From assembly GCA_042584405.1 (NCBI GenBank), contig JBHOSR010000001.1, positions 12,363-76,362 of the forward strand: a stretch of 64,000 nt of DNA, given 5' to 3'. The DNA comes from Bacteroidota bacterium. GTDB taxonomy: Bacteria; Bacteroidota; Bacteroidia; Bacteroidales; UBA12077. The notes under the pieces were generated by a model, which was not told the origin of the DNA, made no database searches, and saw only the letters and a list, made by a program, of their open reading frames with translations. Numbering within the stretch: position 1 is the first letter of the stretch; every line of letters begins with the position of its first letter. Shown here piece by piece: positions 18,180 to 28,063 of the stretch. The position numbers and the translations under genes are program-made.

Positions 18180-19526
18180 GTGTTAGGGGCTAAAAGATAC
18201 GTAAATAACGTTACCGGCTTACAGGCGATAAATATATTAAGATTTCTTACATTCCTTATTATTTCTATAGTATTCACTAAAATTGGTTTATCAAAAGAAG
18301 AGATAGGGCTGTTTGAAGTTTCAATTTTTATTGCAAGTGCTGCTAGCTTTTTTTGGGTTAGTGGTTTAATCCAGTCATTCCTACCCTTATTTAAAAGCAA
18401 TAAAACCTTTGGCGATAAAGAACAAATTGCAGGAACAAAGTCTCCTGAGGTCTTTAATATGTACGTTATTTTAGTGTTCTTTAGTATCCTTGTATTTTTA
18501 ATCGGCTTAGCCATAAAAGGAAACTTCTCTGTATTTGGTTATAAAGGAAACGTCCCATTATTAAATATTACCCTTTGGTATCTTTTATTAAGTAGCCCAG
18601 CTAATTTGGTAGAGTATATTTACATGGTTCAAGACAAAAACGGGAATACATTAAGTTATGGTTACATTACATCTACTCTACAATTGATTGCTGCTATATT
18701 ACCTGTATTATTAGGTTATGACGTTATTTGGTCATTAAGAAGTCTTGTTGTGGTATCAATAATAAAGAACATCTGGCTTGTAACACTTTTATATAATTAT
18801 GCTGAAATAAAATATTCATTTCCATTTATTAAAGAAGTTTTAGCATACTCAGGCCCAATTATATTAAGCGTTTTAGTAAGCGGATCAGCACAATATGTTG
18901 ATGGAATGGTTGTAACTACTCATTATTCTGCCGACGGATTTGCTATATTTCGATACGGAGCTAAAGAACTGCCTTTTGTATTAATGATGGCAGCAGGATT
19001 AAGTTCTGCAATGCTGGTAGAATTTTCAAAAAAAGAAAAGATTAAAGAAACCTTGGCACAAATAAAGAAGAAATCATTGCGAATTATGCACTCAATGTAT
19101 CCTTTATCAATTTTTCTACTTTTATTTGCGAAACCTATTTATAAAGGAATGTTTTCTCCTGAGTTTACTAGAAGTGCCGATGTATTTGTTATTTATCTTT
19201 TAGCAATTGTAAGCCGAATCTTATTTCCTCATACCATAATTATTGGTCTAAAAAAAGGAAAAGTTCTATTTTGGGCATCAATTTTCGAACTAATAGCAAA
19301 TATATTATTAAGTCTTTATTTAGTTGACGAATATGGTGTTGTGGGTGTAGCACTAGCAACTATAATTGTATATTTTATTTCTAAAGTTGCATTAATTGGA
19401 TATAATTACTTAAAACTTGGAATCAGCCCTTTAGAATACATTCCAATAAAATGGTATGCTTTTTACAGTATAGCATTAGGTACAGTGTTTGTTTTATTAG
19501 ACCGCGGAATATTAGTCATTAAGTAA
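18180..19526 (+). CDS. Polysaccharide biosynthesis / oligosaccharide flippase (Wzx, MOP superfamily) membrane protein
   Basis: 448 aa, about 12 hydrophobic helices with a flippase-like layout. GTG start. Confidence 0.6.
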   Translation: MLGAKRYVNNVTGLQAINILRFLTFLIISIVFTKIGLSKEEIGLFEVSIFIASAASFFWVSGLIQSFLPLFKSNKTFGDKEQIAGTKSPEVFNMYVILVFFSILVFLIGLAIKGNFSVFGYKGNVPLLNITLWYLLLSSPANLVEYIYMVQDKNGNTLSYGYITSTLQLIAAILPVLLGYDVIWSLRSLVVVSIIKNIWLVTLLYNYAEIKYSFPFIKEVLAYSGPIILSVLVSGSAQYVDGMVVTTHYSADGFAIFRYGAKELPFVLMMAAGLSSAMLVEFSKKEKIKETLAQIKKKSLRIMHSMYPLSIFLLLFAKPIYKGMFSPEFTRSADVFVIYLLAIVSRILFPHTIIIGLKKGKVLFWASIFELIANILLSLYLVDEYGVVGVALATIIVYFISKVALIGYNYLKLGISPLEYIPIKWYAFYSIALGTVFVLLDRGILVIK

Positions 19527-19631
19527 TTTGACAAAATTTCAGTCAAGAAGATCAATTTTGACAGGTTTTTCATTTTAAATCATATGGGTATGCAATTTGA
19601 TAACTTTATATTAAACGTAAAAATATAAATT

Positions 19632-20399
19632 ATGAATATAGGTAGATCATCAAATCCGGTTCTTTCAAAATCGGCATTTAACCCCCAGACCTATGCAGCT
19701 TCCTATTCGGAGGTAATGACAATGAATGGTACTATAAATAAGTCCATAGCAATGCTTTTATTAGTTATTGTTGGTGCAATGTATACCTGGAAAATGTTTT
19801 TTGGAGCTACTACTATAGAAGCAGGTTCAGCACTGGTTTCACAATGGATATTTATAGGTGGAATTGGAGGATTTGTTTTCTCCTTAATAACTATTTTTAA
19901 AAAGAGTTGGGCATTTATAACTGCTCCAATCTATGCTATACTGGAAGGTCTATTTTTAGGAGCAATATCTGCATTTTTTGAAGCCCGCTACCCAGGTCTG
20001 GTATTACAAGCAGTTGCTTTAACATTCGGAACTTTATTCGTAATGTTGTTAGGGTATAGATCAGGAATAATAAAAGTTACACAAAAATTTAGAGCTGGTA
20101 TTATTGCTGCAACAGGTGCTGTGTTTTTAGTTTATTTTATATCAATAATTTTTTCGTTTTTCGGAGCTAGTAATTTAATTATTCACAGTAATGGTATATT
20201 AGGTATTGGAATAAGTTTGGTTATAGTAGTTATTGCAGCACTTAACCTGGTTTTAGATTTTGATTTTATTGCGAAAGGTTCAGAAGCTGGATTACCAAAA
20301 TATATGGAATGGTATGCCGCATTTGGTTTAATGCTAACACTTATTTGGTTATATATTGAAATTCTGAGACTGCTTTCAAAAATTGCAAGTAGGAATTAA
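19632..20399 (+). CDS. Bax inhibitor-1 / YccA family membrane protein
   Basis: 255 aa, 7 TM helices. N-terminal SSNPVL... and a C-terminal charged tail typical of BI-1/YccA. Confidence 0.7.
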   Translation: MNIGRSSNPVLSKSAFNPQTYAASYSEVMTMNGTINKSIAMLLLVIVGAMYTWKMFFGATTIEAGSALVSQWIFIGGIGGFVFSLITIFKKSWAFITAPIYAILEGLFLGAISAFFEARYPGLVLQAVALTFGTLFVMLLGYRSGIIKVTQKFRAGIIAATGAVFLVYFISIIFSFFGASNLIIHSNGILGIGISLVIVVIAALNLVLDFDFIAKGSEAGLPKYMEWYAAFGLMLTLIWLYIEILRLLSKIASRN

Positions 20400-20422
20400 G
20401 TATTTGTAGATACTAAACAATT

Positions 20423-20452
20423 AAGGTGTCTTTAACTTCAGACACCTTTTTT
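20423..20452. terminator. Hairpin terminator between convergent genes
   Basis: AAGGTGTCT / AGACACCTT perfect 9-bp stem with an 8-nt loop, followed by TTTTTT. Confidence 0.75.
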
Positions 20453-20453
20453 A

Positions 20454-21566
20454 TTATTTGGGTCTTCTCGGACAATAAGGTAAATCTAATTCATGCGTTT
20501 CATTTGCATATTTTGCTTCTACACAATCTGCAGGATCACAGCACGTATGACAAACGCGTTTAAATGATCTTATTCCGATAAGTTTGATGTGTGAAGAAAG
20601 AAAGTCATCTTTTACTGGTTCTATATTAAGTAGATCGGTTGAAAGATATTTTTTATTATCGTCAGAAAATATAGTTGCAACAACTGCGTCGTTGCCTAAT
20701 TCATTCTGAATTTTTATAGCACCAAGAAGATTTGCACCAGAAGATATCCCAACACCAATACCATGCTGTGCTAGCTTTTGAGCCATAATTATAGCATCTC
20801 CATCATCAACTTGTACGATTGAATCTAATCTATTTAAATCAACAATTGAAGGAATAAATTCATCAGAAATGCCTTGGATTCTATGTATTCCTATTTTATA
20901 TCCGGTACTTAATGTAGGGGAGTTAGCCGGTTCTAAAGGATGAACTTTTATTGAAGGATCCTGTTCTTTTAGAAATTTGCCAACTCCCATAACTGTACCT
21001 CCCGTACCAACTCCAGCTATGAATGCATCTGGTTTCAAATATCTATATTTAAGTTGCCACCACAATTCAGGACCTGTTGTTAAATAATGTGCTTCTGTGT
21101 TATCGTTATTTGAAAATTGATGTGAACGAAATCCTCTTTCAAGTGATTCCGCAAGTTTATCTGCTAGCTTAATACTTCCTATAAAACCTCCTTCTTCTTT
21201 ACTAACTAATTCTATATTTGAACCAAAACTTTTAATTAAGTTAATTCTTTCTTGACTCATCCAATTAGGCATAAAAATAGTAACAGGATGCCCTAATGCT
21301 CTTCCAATTCCTGCTATAGCAATCCCAGTGTTACCACTTGTTGCTTCAATAATAGTATCTCCCGGTTTTAATTTTCCTTCAGTAATGGCTTTACTTAGAA
21401 TATGAAATGCCATCCTATCCTTAATACTTCCAGTCATATTAAGATATTCAGCTTTAGCATATATTTTTTTGTTTTGTCCTTTGTATTCTAATTCAATTTC
21501 TAGTAAAGGAGTATTTCCTATTAAACTGGAAAGTCCATAAATTCTTTGAGAGTAAGTCACATTCAT
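20454..21566 (-). CDS. PLP-dependent cysteine synthase (CysK/CysM fold) with a Cys-rich C-terminal extension
   Basis: 370 aa. PLP lysine context [25 protein letters not shown]. Extra roughly 55-aa tail ...[36 protein letters not shown]. Confidence 0.8.
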   Translation of the reverse strand: MNVTYSQRIYGLSSLIGNTPLLEIELEYKGQNKKIYAKAEYLNMTGSIKDRMAFHILSKAITEGKLKPGDTIIEATSGNTGIAIAGIGRALGHPVTIFMPNWMSQERINLIKSFGSNIELVSKEEGGFIGSIKLADKLAESLERGFRSHQFSNNDNTEAHYLTTGPELWWQLKYRYLKPDAFIAGVGTGGTVMGVGKFLKEQDPSIKVHPLEPANSPTLSTGYKIGIHRIQGISDEFIPSIVDLNRLDSIVQVDDGDAIIMAQKLAQHGIGVGISSGANLLGAIKIQNELGNDAVVATIFSDDNKKYLSTDLLNIEPVKDDFLSSHIKLIGIRSFKRVCHTCCDPADCVEAKYANETHELDLPYCPRRPK

Positions 21567-21804
21567 AACATCGAATTTTAGCTAAATAGTTTTTGGTATT
21601 AAGAGTTATAAATTTTGAAATCAAAGGTAATTAAACGCTTTAAAAAAACATAAAAAGATGTTAAAATCCTTAACTCTCTTATTTTGAATGCCTAGATAAA
21701 TAAGAGTTTTAGAAATATTACAAAATCTATATATAAAAGGATGTAGATGGGTAGAAGTAACTAGAGATATTTTATTAAATTTGCCTGATTTTAAAATTAG
21801 AAAA

Positions 21805-23277
21805 ATGGAGTCCTTAGAAAAACATTTTGAAAAATTCAGAAGAAATATAGTTGGAATTAATCATGTCTATTCTTCACCGTTTGGAGAGCAAAAAATAATT
21901 TATGCTGATTGGATTGCTAGCGGCAGGTTATATAAACCAATTGAGCAAAAAATATTGGAAGATTTTGGACCATTTGTAGCAAATACACATACCGAAACTA
22001 GTGAAACAGGAACATTGATGACACATAGTTACCTTCACGCTCAAAAACAGATTAAAAAGCATGTTAATGCTGGACCAAATGATGTTTTAATGCAAGCTGG
22101 TTTCGGGATGACAGCTGTGGTTAATAAACTTCAAAGAATACTAGGATTAAAGCAAAGTAATAAGTGGATTGATAATAAATCTTTAAAGGATGATGATAAA
22201 CCAGTTGTTTTTATAACCCACATGGAACATCATTCTAATCAAACTTCATGGTATGAAACTATTTGTGATGTTGTTATTGTTGATCCTGATGAAAACTTAT
22301 TGGTAGATCCAGAAAAACTTTGCGAACAATTAGAAAAATACAAGAATAGAAAGCTAAAAATAGGATCATTTTCAGCAGCATCAAATGTAACAGGAGTAAA
22401 ACCACCATATCATAAATTAGCTAAGCTAATGCACGAATACGGAGGATTGTGTTTTATTGATTTTGCTGCATCAGCTCCGTATGTAGAAATTAATATGCAC
22501 CCTGACGATCCATTGGAAAAATTAGATGCAATTTACTTTTCACCACATAAGTTTTTGGGAGGACCAGGAACAGCGGGAATTTTAATTTTTGATTCGAGTC
22601 TATATAATTGCGATGTTCCTGATAGTCCAGGAGGAGGGACGGTAGATTGGACAAACCGCTGGGGAGAATATAAATATATTGATGATATTGAATTAAGAGA
22701 AGACGGAGGAACTCCAGGATTTTTGCAAGCTATTAAAACTGCTCTTACGTTCGAACTTAAAGATAAAATGGGAATCGAAAATATTGAGAGTCGAGAAAAA
22801 GAATTAATACCTCGCGCATTTAATGGATTAAAAGCTATACCTGGAGTAAAAATCCTGGCCGATAATGTTATTGATCGAATAGGAGCACTATCGTTTTATA
22901 TCGAAAACGTCCATTACAATCTGATTGTTAAACTATTAAGCGATAAATATGGAATACAAGTAAGAGGCGGTTGTGCATGCGCTGGTACATATGGGCATTA
23001 TCTTTTGGATGTTAGTTATGATTACTCGCATAAAATTACTGAACTTATTAATCATGGAGATCTTTCACAAAAACCAGGTTGGATTCGGTGGTCAATTCAT
23101 CCAACAACCTTAGATTCTGAAATTGATTATTTCGTGCATGCAGTTGAAGAAATATCAAAAAATCATAAGAAATGGTCTTCAGATTATCTATATAATAAAA
23201 AATCGAACGAGTTTTTACATCGCGAGATGCAAGGTAAATCAAACTATGATCTAAACAAATGGTTCTTGCTTGAATAA
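21805..23277 (+). CDS. Aminotransferase class V-fold PLP enzyme (cysteine desulfurase / selenocysteine lyase-like)
   Basis: PLP-Lys context YFSPHKFLGGPG. Conserved VRGGCACAG near the C-terminus. First ATG chosen as start; the track ORF begins at a TTG at 21781. Confidence 0.7.
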   Translation: MESLEKHFEKFRRNIVGINHVYSSPFGEQKIIYADWIASGRLYKPIEQKILEDFGPFVANTHTETSETGTLMTHSYLHAQKQIKKHVNAGPNDVLMQAGFGMTAVVNKLQRILGLKQSNKWIDNKSLKDDDKPVVFITHMEHHSNQTSWYETICDVVIVDPDENLLVDPEKLCEQLEKYKNRKLKIGSFSAASNVTGVKPPYHKLAKLMHEYGGLCFIDFAASAPYVEINMHPDDPLEKLDAIYFSPHKFLGGPGTAGILIFDSSLYNCDVPDSPGGGTVDWTNRWGEYKYIDDIELREDGGTPGFLQAIKTALTFELKDKMGIENIESREKELIPRAFNGLKAIPGVKILADNVIDRIGALSFYIENVHYNLIVKLLSDKYGIQVRGGCACAGTYGHYLLDVSYDYSHKITELINHGDLSQKPGWIRWSIHPTTLDSEIDYFVHAVEEISKNHKKWSSDYLYNKKSNEFLHREMQGKSNYDLNKWFLLE

Positions 23278-23324
23278 ATGATTAAAAAATAGTCATTTAA
23301 TTTTGTATTTATGATAACAATATT

Positions 23325-23332
23325 TAATTTTG
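23325..23332 (+). promoter_or_regulatory. Bacteroidota-type -7 promoter box (TAnnTTTG) upstream of rpmE
   Basis: TAATTTTG, 59 nt upstream of the ATG. An identical ATTTAATTTTG copy lies at 23295-23305. Confidence 0.45.
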
Positions 23333-23390
23333 CAAGCCATTAAGTTTTTACTTAGAAGAAAAAGTATAGCAAAATATAAAGGAGTTAAAG

Positions 23391-23654
23391 ATGAAAAAGG
23401 AAATACATCCGGAAAATTATCGTTTAGTGGTTTTTAAAGATATGTCGAATGGTGAGATGTTTTTAACAAAATCAACTGCACCAACAAAAGAGACTATTAA
23501 ATATGATGATGGAAACGAATACCCATTAATAAAGGTTGAGATTTCAAATACTTCTCATCCATTTTATACAGGTAAGATGAAGCTTGTTGATACAGCTGGA
23601 CGTGTTGATAAATACATGAGTAAGTATAAAAAACATGTTGATAAGAAAAAATAG
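23391..23654 (+). CDS. rpmE: 50S ribosomal protein L31, type B (no zinc-binding cysteines)
   Basis: 87 aa. [15 protein letters not shown]... HPFYTGK. No CxxC motif. Confidence 0.92.
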   Translation: MKKEIHPENYRLVVFKDMSNGEMFLTKSTAPTKETIKYDDGNEYPLIKVEISNTSHPFYTGKMKLVDTAGRVDKYMSKYKKHVDKKK

Positions 23655-23676
23655 TTAAAACTCTATATTAAATATG

Positions 23677-23706
23677 AAAAGCTCCGAAATTCGGAGCTTT
23701 TTTTAT
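23677..23706 (+). terminator. Rho-independent terminator of rpmE
   Basis: AAAAGCTCCGA-AAT-TCGGAGCTTTT perfect stem followed by a T-run. Confidence 0.85.
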
Positions 23707-23740
23707 GTAAATTTGTCAATATCAATTAAGCTTGATTATT

Positions 23741-24928
23741 ATGAATTACATTTTATTTGATGATAAATCATGGGACAATCTTCTTCCATTAACTTTTACA
23801 AGACCTGTTTGTGAAATTCGCTCTGGGATTTTAACTATAAAAGAAAAATGGGAAAAAGTACTAAATGTAAAAATGTCATACCTTACAAAAGGGTATTTAC
23901 ATGAAAAATATAAGTTAGTAACTGAAGATGAAAACATTTTAATAAATGGTTCAGTTATTCCCAATCCTAATTTAATAAACACTATTCAGGATCTTAATAC
24001 TGATGAGGTTCTTGTTAAAAACAACAAGGTTTTAGCCATCAAACTGGTTGAACATTCTGTTACTATCTTCAATTATTTAGATTTAAGTAAATATAAAACC
24101 AGAGAATATGATGATAAAATCTTAGAGATTAGCAGACCGTGGGATATTTTTAGATTAAATGATGAAAACATAAGATTAGATTTTGAATTACTAATAAAAA
24201 ATCGGAAATCAGAAAAAATAAGTGAAACAAATAATCTATTAGGACAAGAGAATATTTTTGTCGAAGAAGGAGCAAAAATTGAGTTTGCTACATTAAATGC
24301 GACTACAGGACCCATTTATATTGGTAAAAATTCTGAAATTATGGAAAATAGTGTAGTACGGGGTCCGTTTGCATTATGTGATCATTCTGTATTAAAAATA
24401 GCAGCTAAAATTTATGGTCCTACTACAATTGGACCTTATTCTAAAGTTGGTGGTGAAATAAATAATTCTGTAATTTTCGGGTACTCAAATAAAGCTCATG
24501 ACGGGTTTCTAGGTAATTCTGTAATAGGTGAGTGGTGTAATTTAGGTGCTGATACTAATAATTCTAATTTAAAAAATAATTACGCTGAAGTGCGGGTTTG
24601 GAATTATGAATCTGAGAGATTTATAAAAACTGGTTTGCAGTTTTGTGGCTTAATCATGGGGGATCATTCCAAATGTGCAATCAATACAATGTTTAATACA
24701 GGAACAGTTGTTGGGGTAAATGCAAATATTTTTGGCGACGGATTCCCAAGAAATTTTATTCCTTCGTTTTCATGGGGAGGAGCAAGTGGTTTTACAGTAT
24801 ACGGTATTAATAAAGCTTTTGAGGTTGCTGAGAAAGTGATGGAACGTAGGGACCATCCATTAGATGAGATAGAAAAAAAGATATTGAAAGAAGTTTTTGA
24901 AAGAACATCAAAATATAGATTATTTTAA
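23741..24928 (+). CDS. Putative sugar nucleotidyltransferase with left-handed beta-helix acyltransferase domain (alternative GlmU-like)
   Basis: N-terminus MNYILFDDKSWDNLLPLTFTRPVCEIR. C-terminal hexapeptide-repeat region (GPTTIGPYSKVGGEINNSVIFGYSNKAHDGFLGNSVIGEWCNLGA). Start moved to the ATG at 23741. Confidence 0.65.
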   Translation: MNYILFDDKSWDNLLPLTFTRPVCEIRSGILTIKEKWEKVLNVKMSYLTKGYLHEKYKLVTEDENILINGSVIPNPNLINTIQDLNTDEVLVKNNKVLAIKLVEHSVTIFNYLDLSKYKTREYDDKILEISRPWDIFRLNDENIRLDFELLIKNRKSEKISETNNLLGQENIFVEEGAKIEFATLNATTGPIYIGKNSEIMENSVVRGPFALCDHSVLKIAAKIYGPTTIGPYSKVGGEINNSVIFGYSNKAHDGFLGNSVIGEWCNLGADTNNSNLKNNYAEVRVWNYESERFIKTGLQFCGLIMGDHSKCAINTMFNTGTVVGVNANIFGDGFPRNFIPSFSWGGASGFTVYGINKAFEVAEKVMERRDHPLDEIEKKILKEVFERTSKYRLF

Positions 24929-25051
24929 ACTTCCATTGTTCAGATTTGTTTTTCAAGCAGAATCTGAATTTGGCATAATGATTGCCAATTAGAATATCCG
25001 GCATTTTTAAATACGTGGCTGACATAATGTCGTTGATGGTTAATTTAAATA

Positions 25052-27529
25052 ATGATAAAAATTATTATGAGTGATAAAATAAAAGAGAATAAATATAAAA
25101 ACATATTTTTTAGCGCAGACATAGAAAGTGATGGAGAGTTTATACCCTTAATTTCAGATGATGAAGATGATGTTGACCTTAAAAAATCTGAATTGCCAAA
25201 ACAATTGGCAATATTACCTTTAAGAAATACAGTTTTATTTCCAGGTGTAATTCTGCCAATTACGGTCGGAAGAGAAAAATCAATAAGTTTGGTAAATGAT
25301 ATTTATAAAAAGGATAAAATAATTGGTACTGTTGCACAGCTTAATCCTCAGGTAAACGAACCAGAAGAAGCTGACATGTATAGATTAGGCACTGTTGCTC
25401 AAATATTGAAGGTTTTAGAAATGCCTGATGGAAGTACTTCCGTTATTATCCAGGGAAGGCAGAGATTCGAAATGAATCAAATGGTTCAAGCAGATCCTTA
25501 CCATAAGGCAACTGTTACTTTATTAAAAGACAAGAAACCAAACGATAAAACCCGCGAGTTTGAAGCTATTGTAGGTTCACTTAAAGATTTGTCCTTAAGA
25601 ATTATAAAATTATCAAGCAATATTCCCCCAGAGGCTTCTTTTGCCGTTAAAAATATCGAGAATACTAAATTTCTAGTAAATTTTATTTGCTCAAATAGTG
25701 ATATTGACATTTCTGATAAGCAGAAGCTTCTCGAAATGGACAATTTAAAAGAAAGATCTATACGCTTATTAGAACATCTTACCAAGCAAATTCAAATGCT
25801 TGAGTTAAAAAACGATATTCAATCGAAAGTAAGAACAGATCTAGATCGTCAGCAAAGGGAATATTTGTTGCATCAACAAATGAAAACTATTCAGGATGAA
25901 TTAGGTGGAAATCCGATTGATCAGGAAATTGAAGATTTAAAGAAAAGAGCAAAACTTAAAAAATGGAGTAAGGAGGTTGCTGAAACTTTTGGAAAAGAAG
26001 TAGATAAATTAAACAGATTAAATCCTGCAACAGGCGAATATTCTGTTCAGTTAAATTACCTTCAAACACTTCTTGATTTACCATGGAATGAGTTTACCAA
26101 AGATAATTTTGATCTAAAAAGAGCTCAAAAAATTCTGGATGAGGATCATTTTGGTTTAGAAAAAGTTAAGGACAGGATTCTAGAATATCTAGCAGTACTT
26201 AAATTAAAAGGCGATTTAAAATCTCCTATTTTATGTTTGTATGGACCTCCGGGAGTTGGTAAAACATCTTTAGGGAAATCTATTGCTAAAGCACTTGACA
26301 GAAAGTATGTAAGAATGTCCTTAGGAGGATTGCATGATGAGGCTGAAATTCGAGGTCACAGAAAAACATATATTGGTGCAATGCCTGGAAGAATAATGCA
26401 GAATGTTAAAAAAGCAAAATCAGCAAATCCGGTTTTTATATTAGACGAAATTGATAAAGTGGGGAAAGACTTTCATGGAGATCCTGCTTCAGCACTTTTA
26501 GAGGTATTAGATCCAGAACAAAATAATGCTTTTCATGACAATTATTTGGAATTAGAATTTGATCTTTCAAATGTAATGTTCATTGCTACTGCCAATACTT
26601 TATCAACAATAAATCCGGCCTTACGCGACAGAATGGAATTGATTGATGTTACTGGTTATATTGTTGAGGAGAAAATTGAAATTGCAAAACGTCATTTAAT
26701 ACCAAAACAATTGGATGCACATGGTGTTGAAATGAAAAAGGTTTTATTTAGTAAAAAGGTTTTAGAATATATAATTGAAAATCACACTCGTGAATCTGGT
26801 GTTAGGACCATGGATAAAACTATTGCAAAAATCACTCGGAATCTTGCTAGAAAAATAGCACTTGAAGAAGAATTTAATAAATCATTATCTGTAAATGACA
26901 TTAAAGAAATTTTAGGGCCTCCGGAATTCTCTAAAGATAAATATCAGGGTAATGAATTTGCTGGAGTGGTTACTGGCCTGGCCTGGACAGCTGTTGGAGG
27001 TGAAATACTTTTTGTAGAAAGTAGCTTAAGTAAAGGAAAAGGAAAACTTACCTTAACCGGAAACTTGGGAGAAGTAATGAAAGAATCAGCTATAATTGCA
27101 CTTGAATATATTAAATCGCATGCCCAGGATTTACAAATAAGCGACGAAGCGTTTGAAAACTGGAATATCCATGTTCATGTTCCGGAAGGGGCAATTCCAA
27201 AAGATGGACCTTCAGCTGGAGTAACTATGGCAACATCGCTTGCTTCCATTTTTACTCAGCGTAAAGTGCGACAAAAGATTGCAATGACAGGCGAAATAAC
27301 ACTACGTGGTAAAGTGTTACCTGTTGGCGGAATTAAGGAAAAAATACTTGCTGCTAAACGAGCTAATATAACCGATATTATAATATCTGAGGATAATAAA
27401 AAAGATATTAGTAAGATAAAAGACATTTATTTAAAGGGTTTAAATTTCCACTATGTGAAAGAAATAATGGAGGTTTTAGAAATTGCCCTTTTAAAAGAAA
27501 AAGTCAAGAAATCTATAAAGGTCTCATAA
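25052..27529 (+). CDS. lon: ATP-dependent Lon protease (endopeptidase La)
   Basis: 825 aa. Walker [10 protein letters not shown], Walker B FILDEIDK, catalytic Ser context DGPSAGVTM. Alternative start at 25067. Confidence 0.95.
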   Translation: MIKIIMSDKIKENKYKNIFFSADIESDGEFIPLISDDEDDVDLKKSELPKQLAILPLRNTVLFPGVILPITVGREKSISLVNDIYKKDKIIGTVAQLNPQVNEPEEADMYRLGTVAQILKVLEMPDGSTSVIIQGRQRFEMNQMVQADPYHKATVTLLKDKKPNDKTREFEAIVGSLKDLSLRIIKLSSNIPPEASFAVKNIENTKFLVNFICSNSDIDISDKQKLLEMDNLKERSIRLLEHLTKQIQMLELKNDIQSKVRTDLDRQQREYLLHQQMKTIQDELGGNPIDQEIEDLKKRAKLKKWSKEVAETFGKEVDKLNRLNPATGEYSVQLNYLQTLLDLPWNEFTKDNFDLKRAQKILDEDHFGLEKVKDRILEYLAVLKLKGDLKSPILCLYGPPGVGKTSLGKSIAKALDRKYVRMSLGGLHDEAEIRGHRKTYIGAMPGRIMQNVKKAKSANPVFILDEIDKVGKDFHGDPASALLEVLDPEQNNAFHDNYLELEFDLSNVMFIATANTLSTINPALRDRMELIDVTGYIVEEKIEIAKRHLIPKQLDAHGVEMKKVLFSKKVLEYIIENHTRESGVRTMDKTIAKITRNLARKIALEEEFNKSLSVNDIKEILGPPEFSKDKYQGNEFAGVVTGLAWTAVGGEILFVESSLSKGKGKLTLTGNLGEVMKESAIIALEYIKSHAQDLQISDEAFENWNIHVHVPEGAIPKDGPSAGVTMATSLASIFTQRKVRQKIAMTGEITLRGKVLPVGGIKEKILAAKRANITDIIISEDNKKDISKIKDIYLKGLNFHYVKEIMEVLEIALLKEKVKKSIKVS

Positions 27530-27544
27530 AGATATTGAGTCTTT

Positions 27545-27577
27545 AAAAATCCGATCAATTAGATCGGATTTTTTTTT
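27545..27577 (+). terminator. Rho-independent terminator of lon
   Basis: AAAAATCCGATC-AATTA-GATCGGATTTTT stem followed by a long T-run. Confidence 0.85.
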
Positions 27578-27634
27578 CATAAGCAACCATTTTATCATCT
27601 GAAACATCTTCGAAATATAAACTTGATAAACAAT

Positions 27635-28063
27635 ATGAAAAAATACTTAATCTCAACAATTAATAAATTGATATTAGCGGTTTTAGCTTTTTTGGGATTT
27701 TCTTGTGATCCGGATGTGCCAGCAGTTGAATATGGAATGCCCCATGCTGATTTTAAAGCTTATGGTTCTATAATTGATGAAACAACTTTGCAGAAATTAT
27801 CGAATATCCAAGTTGTAATGGATGGTGATACTGTTTATAGTAACGCAAATGGAGAATACGAAATTCAAGTAACACGATTTCCTCAAACTCAAATATACAC
27901 TGTTGGATTTAAAGATGTAGATGGCGCCTTAAATGGATCTTACCTAGCCACTGATACCATTATAGATTTTTCAGATGTAAACTACACAGATGGCGATGGC
28001 ACATGGTATTCAGGCGAAAAATCAAAAGAAATAAATATAGAATTAAGTCCTGATGATAACTAA
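27635..28063 (+). CDS. Small putative lipoprotein partnered with a radical SAM/SPASM enzyme
   Basis: Signal peptide plus lipobox LAFLGFSCD. Beta-rich mature domain (GSIIDETTLQKLSNIQVVMDGDTVYSNANGEYEI). Its stop overlaps the ATG of the next gene (TAATG). The track ORF starts at a TTG at 27623. Confidence 0.7.
   Translation: MKKYLISTINKLILAVLAFLGFSCDPDVPAVEYGMPHADFKAYGSIIDETTLQKLSNIQVVMDGDTVYSNANGEYEIQVTRFPQTQIYTVGFKDVDGALNGSYLATDTIIDFSDVNYTDGDGTWYSGEKSKEINIELSPDDN

Noticed and set aside
17906-23706. The trmH and rpmE terminators share the same 5' arm, AAAAGCTCCGA.
   Set aside because: An 11-nt identity between two short hairpins is plausible by chance or by terminator sequence preference. 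There is no further extended similarity.
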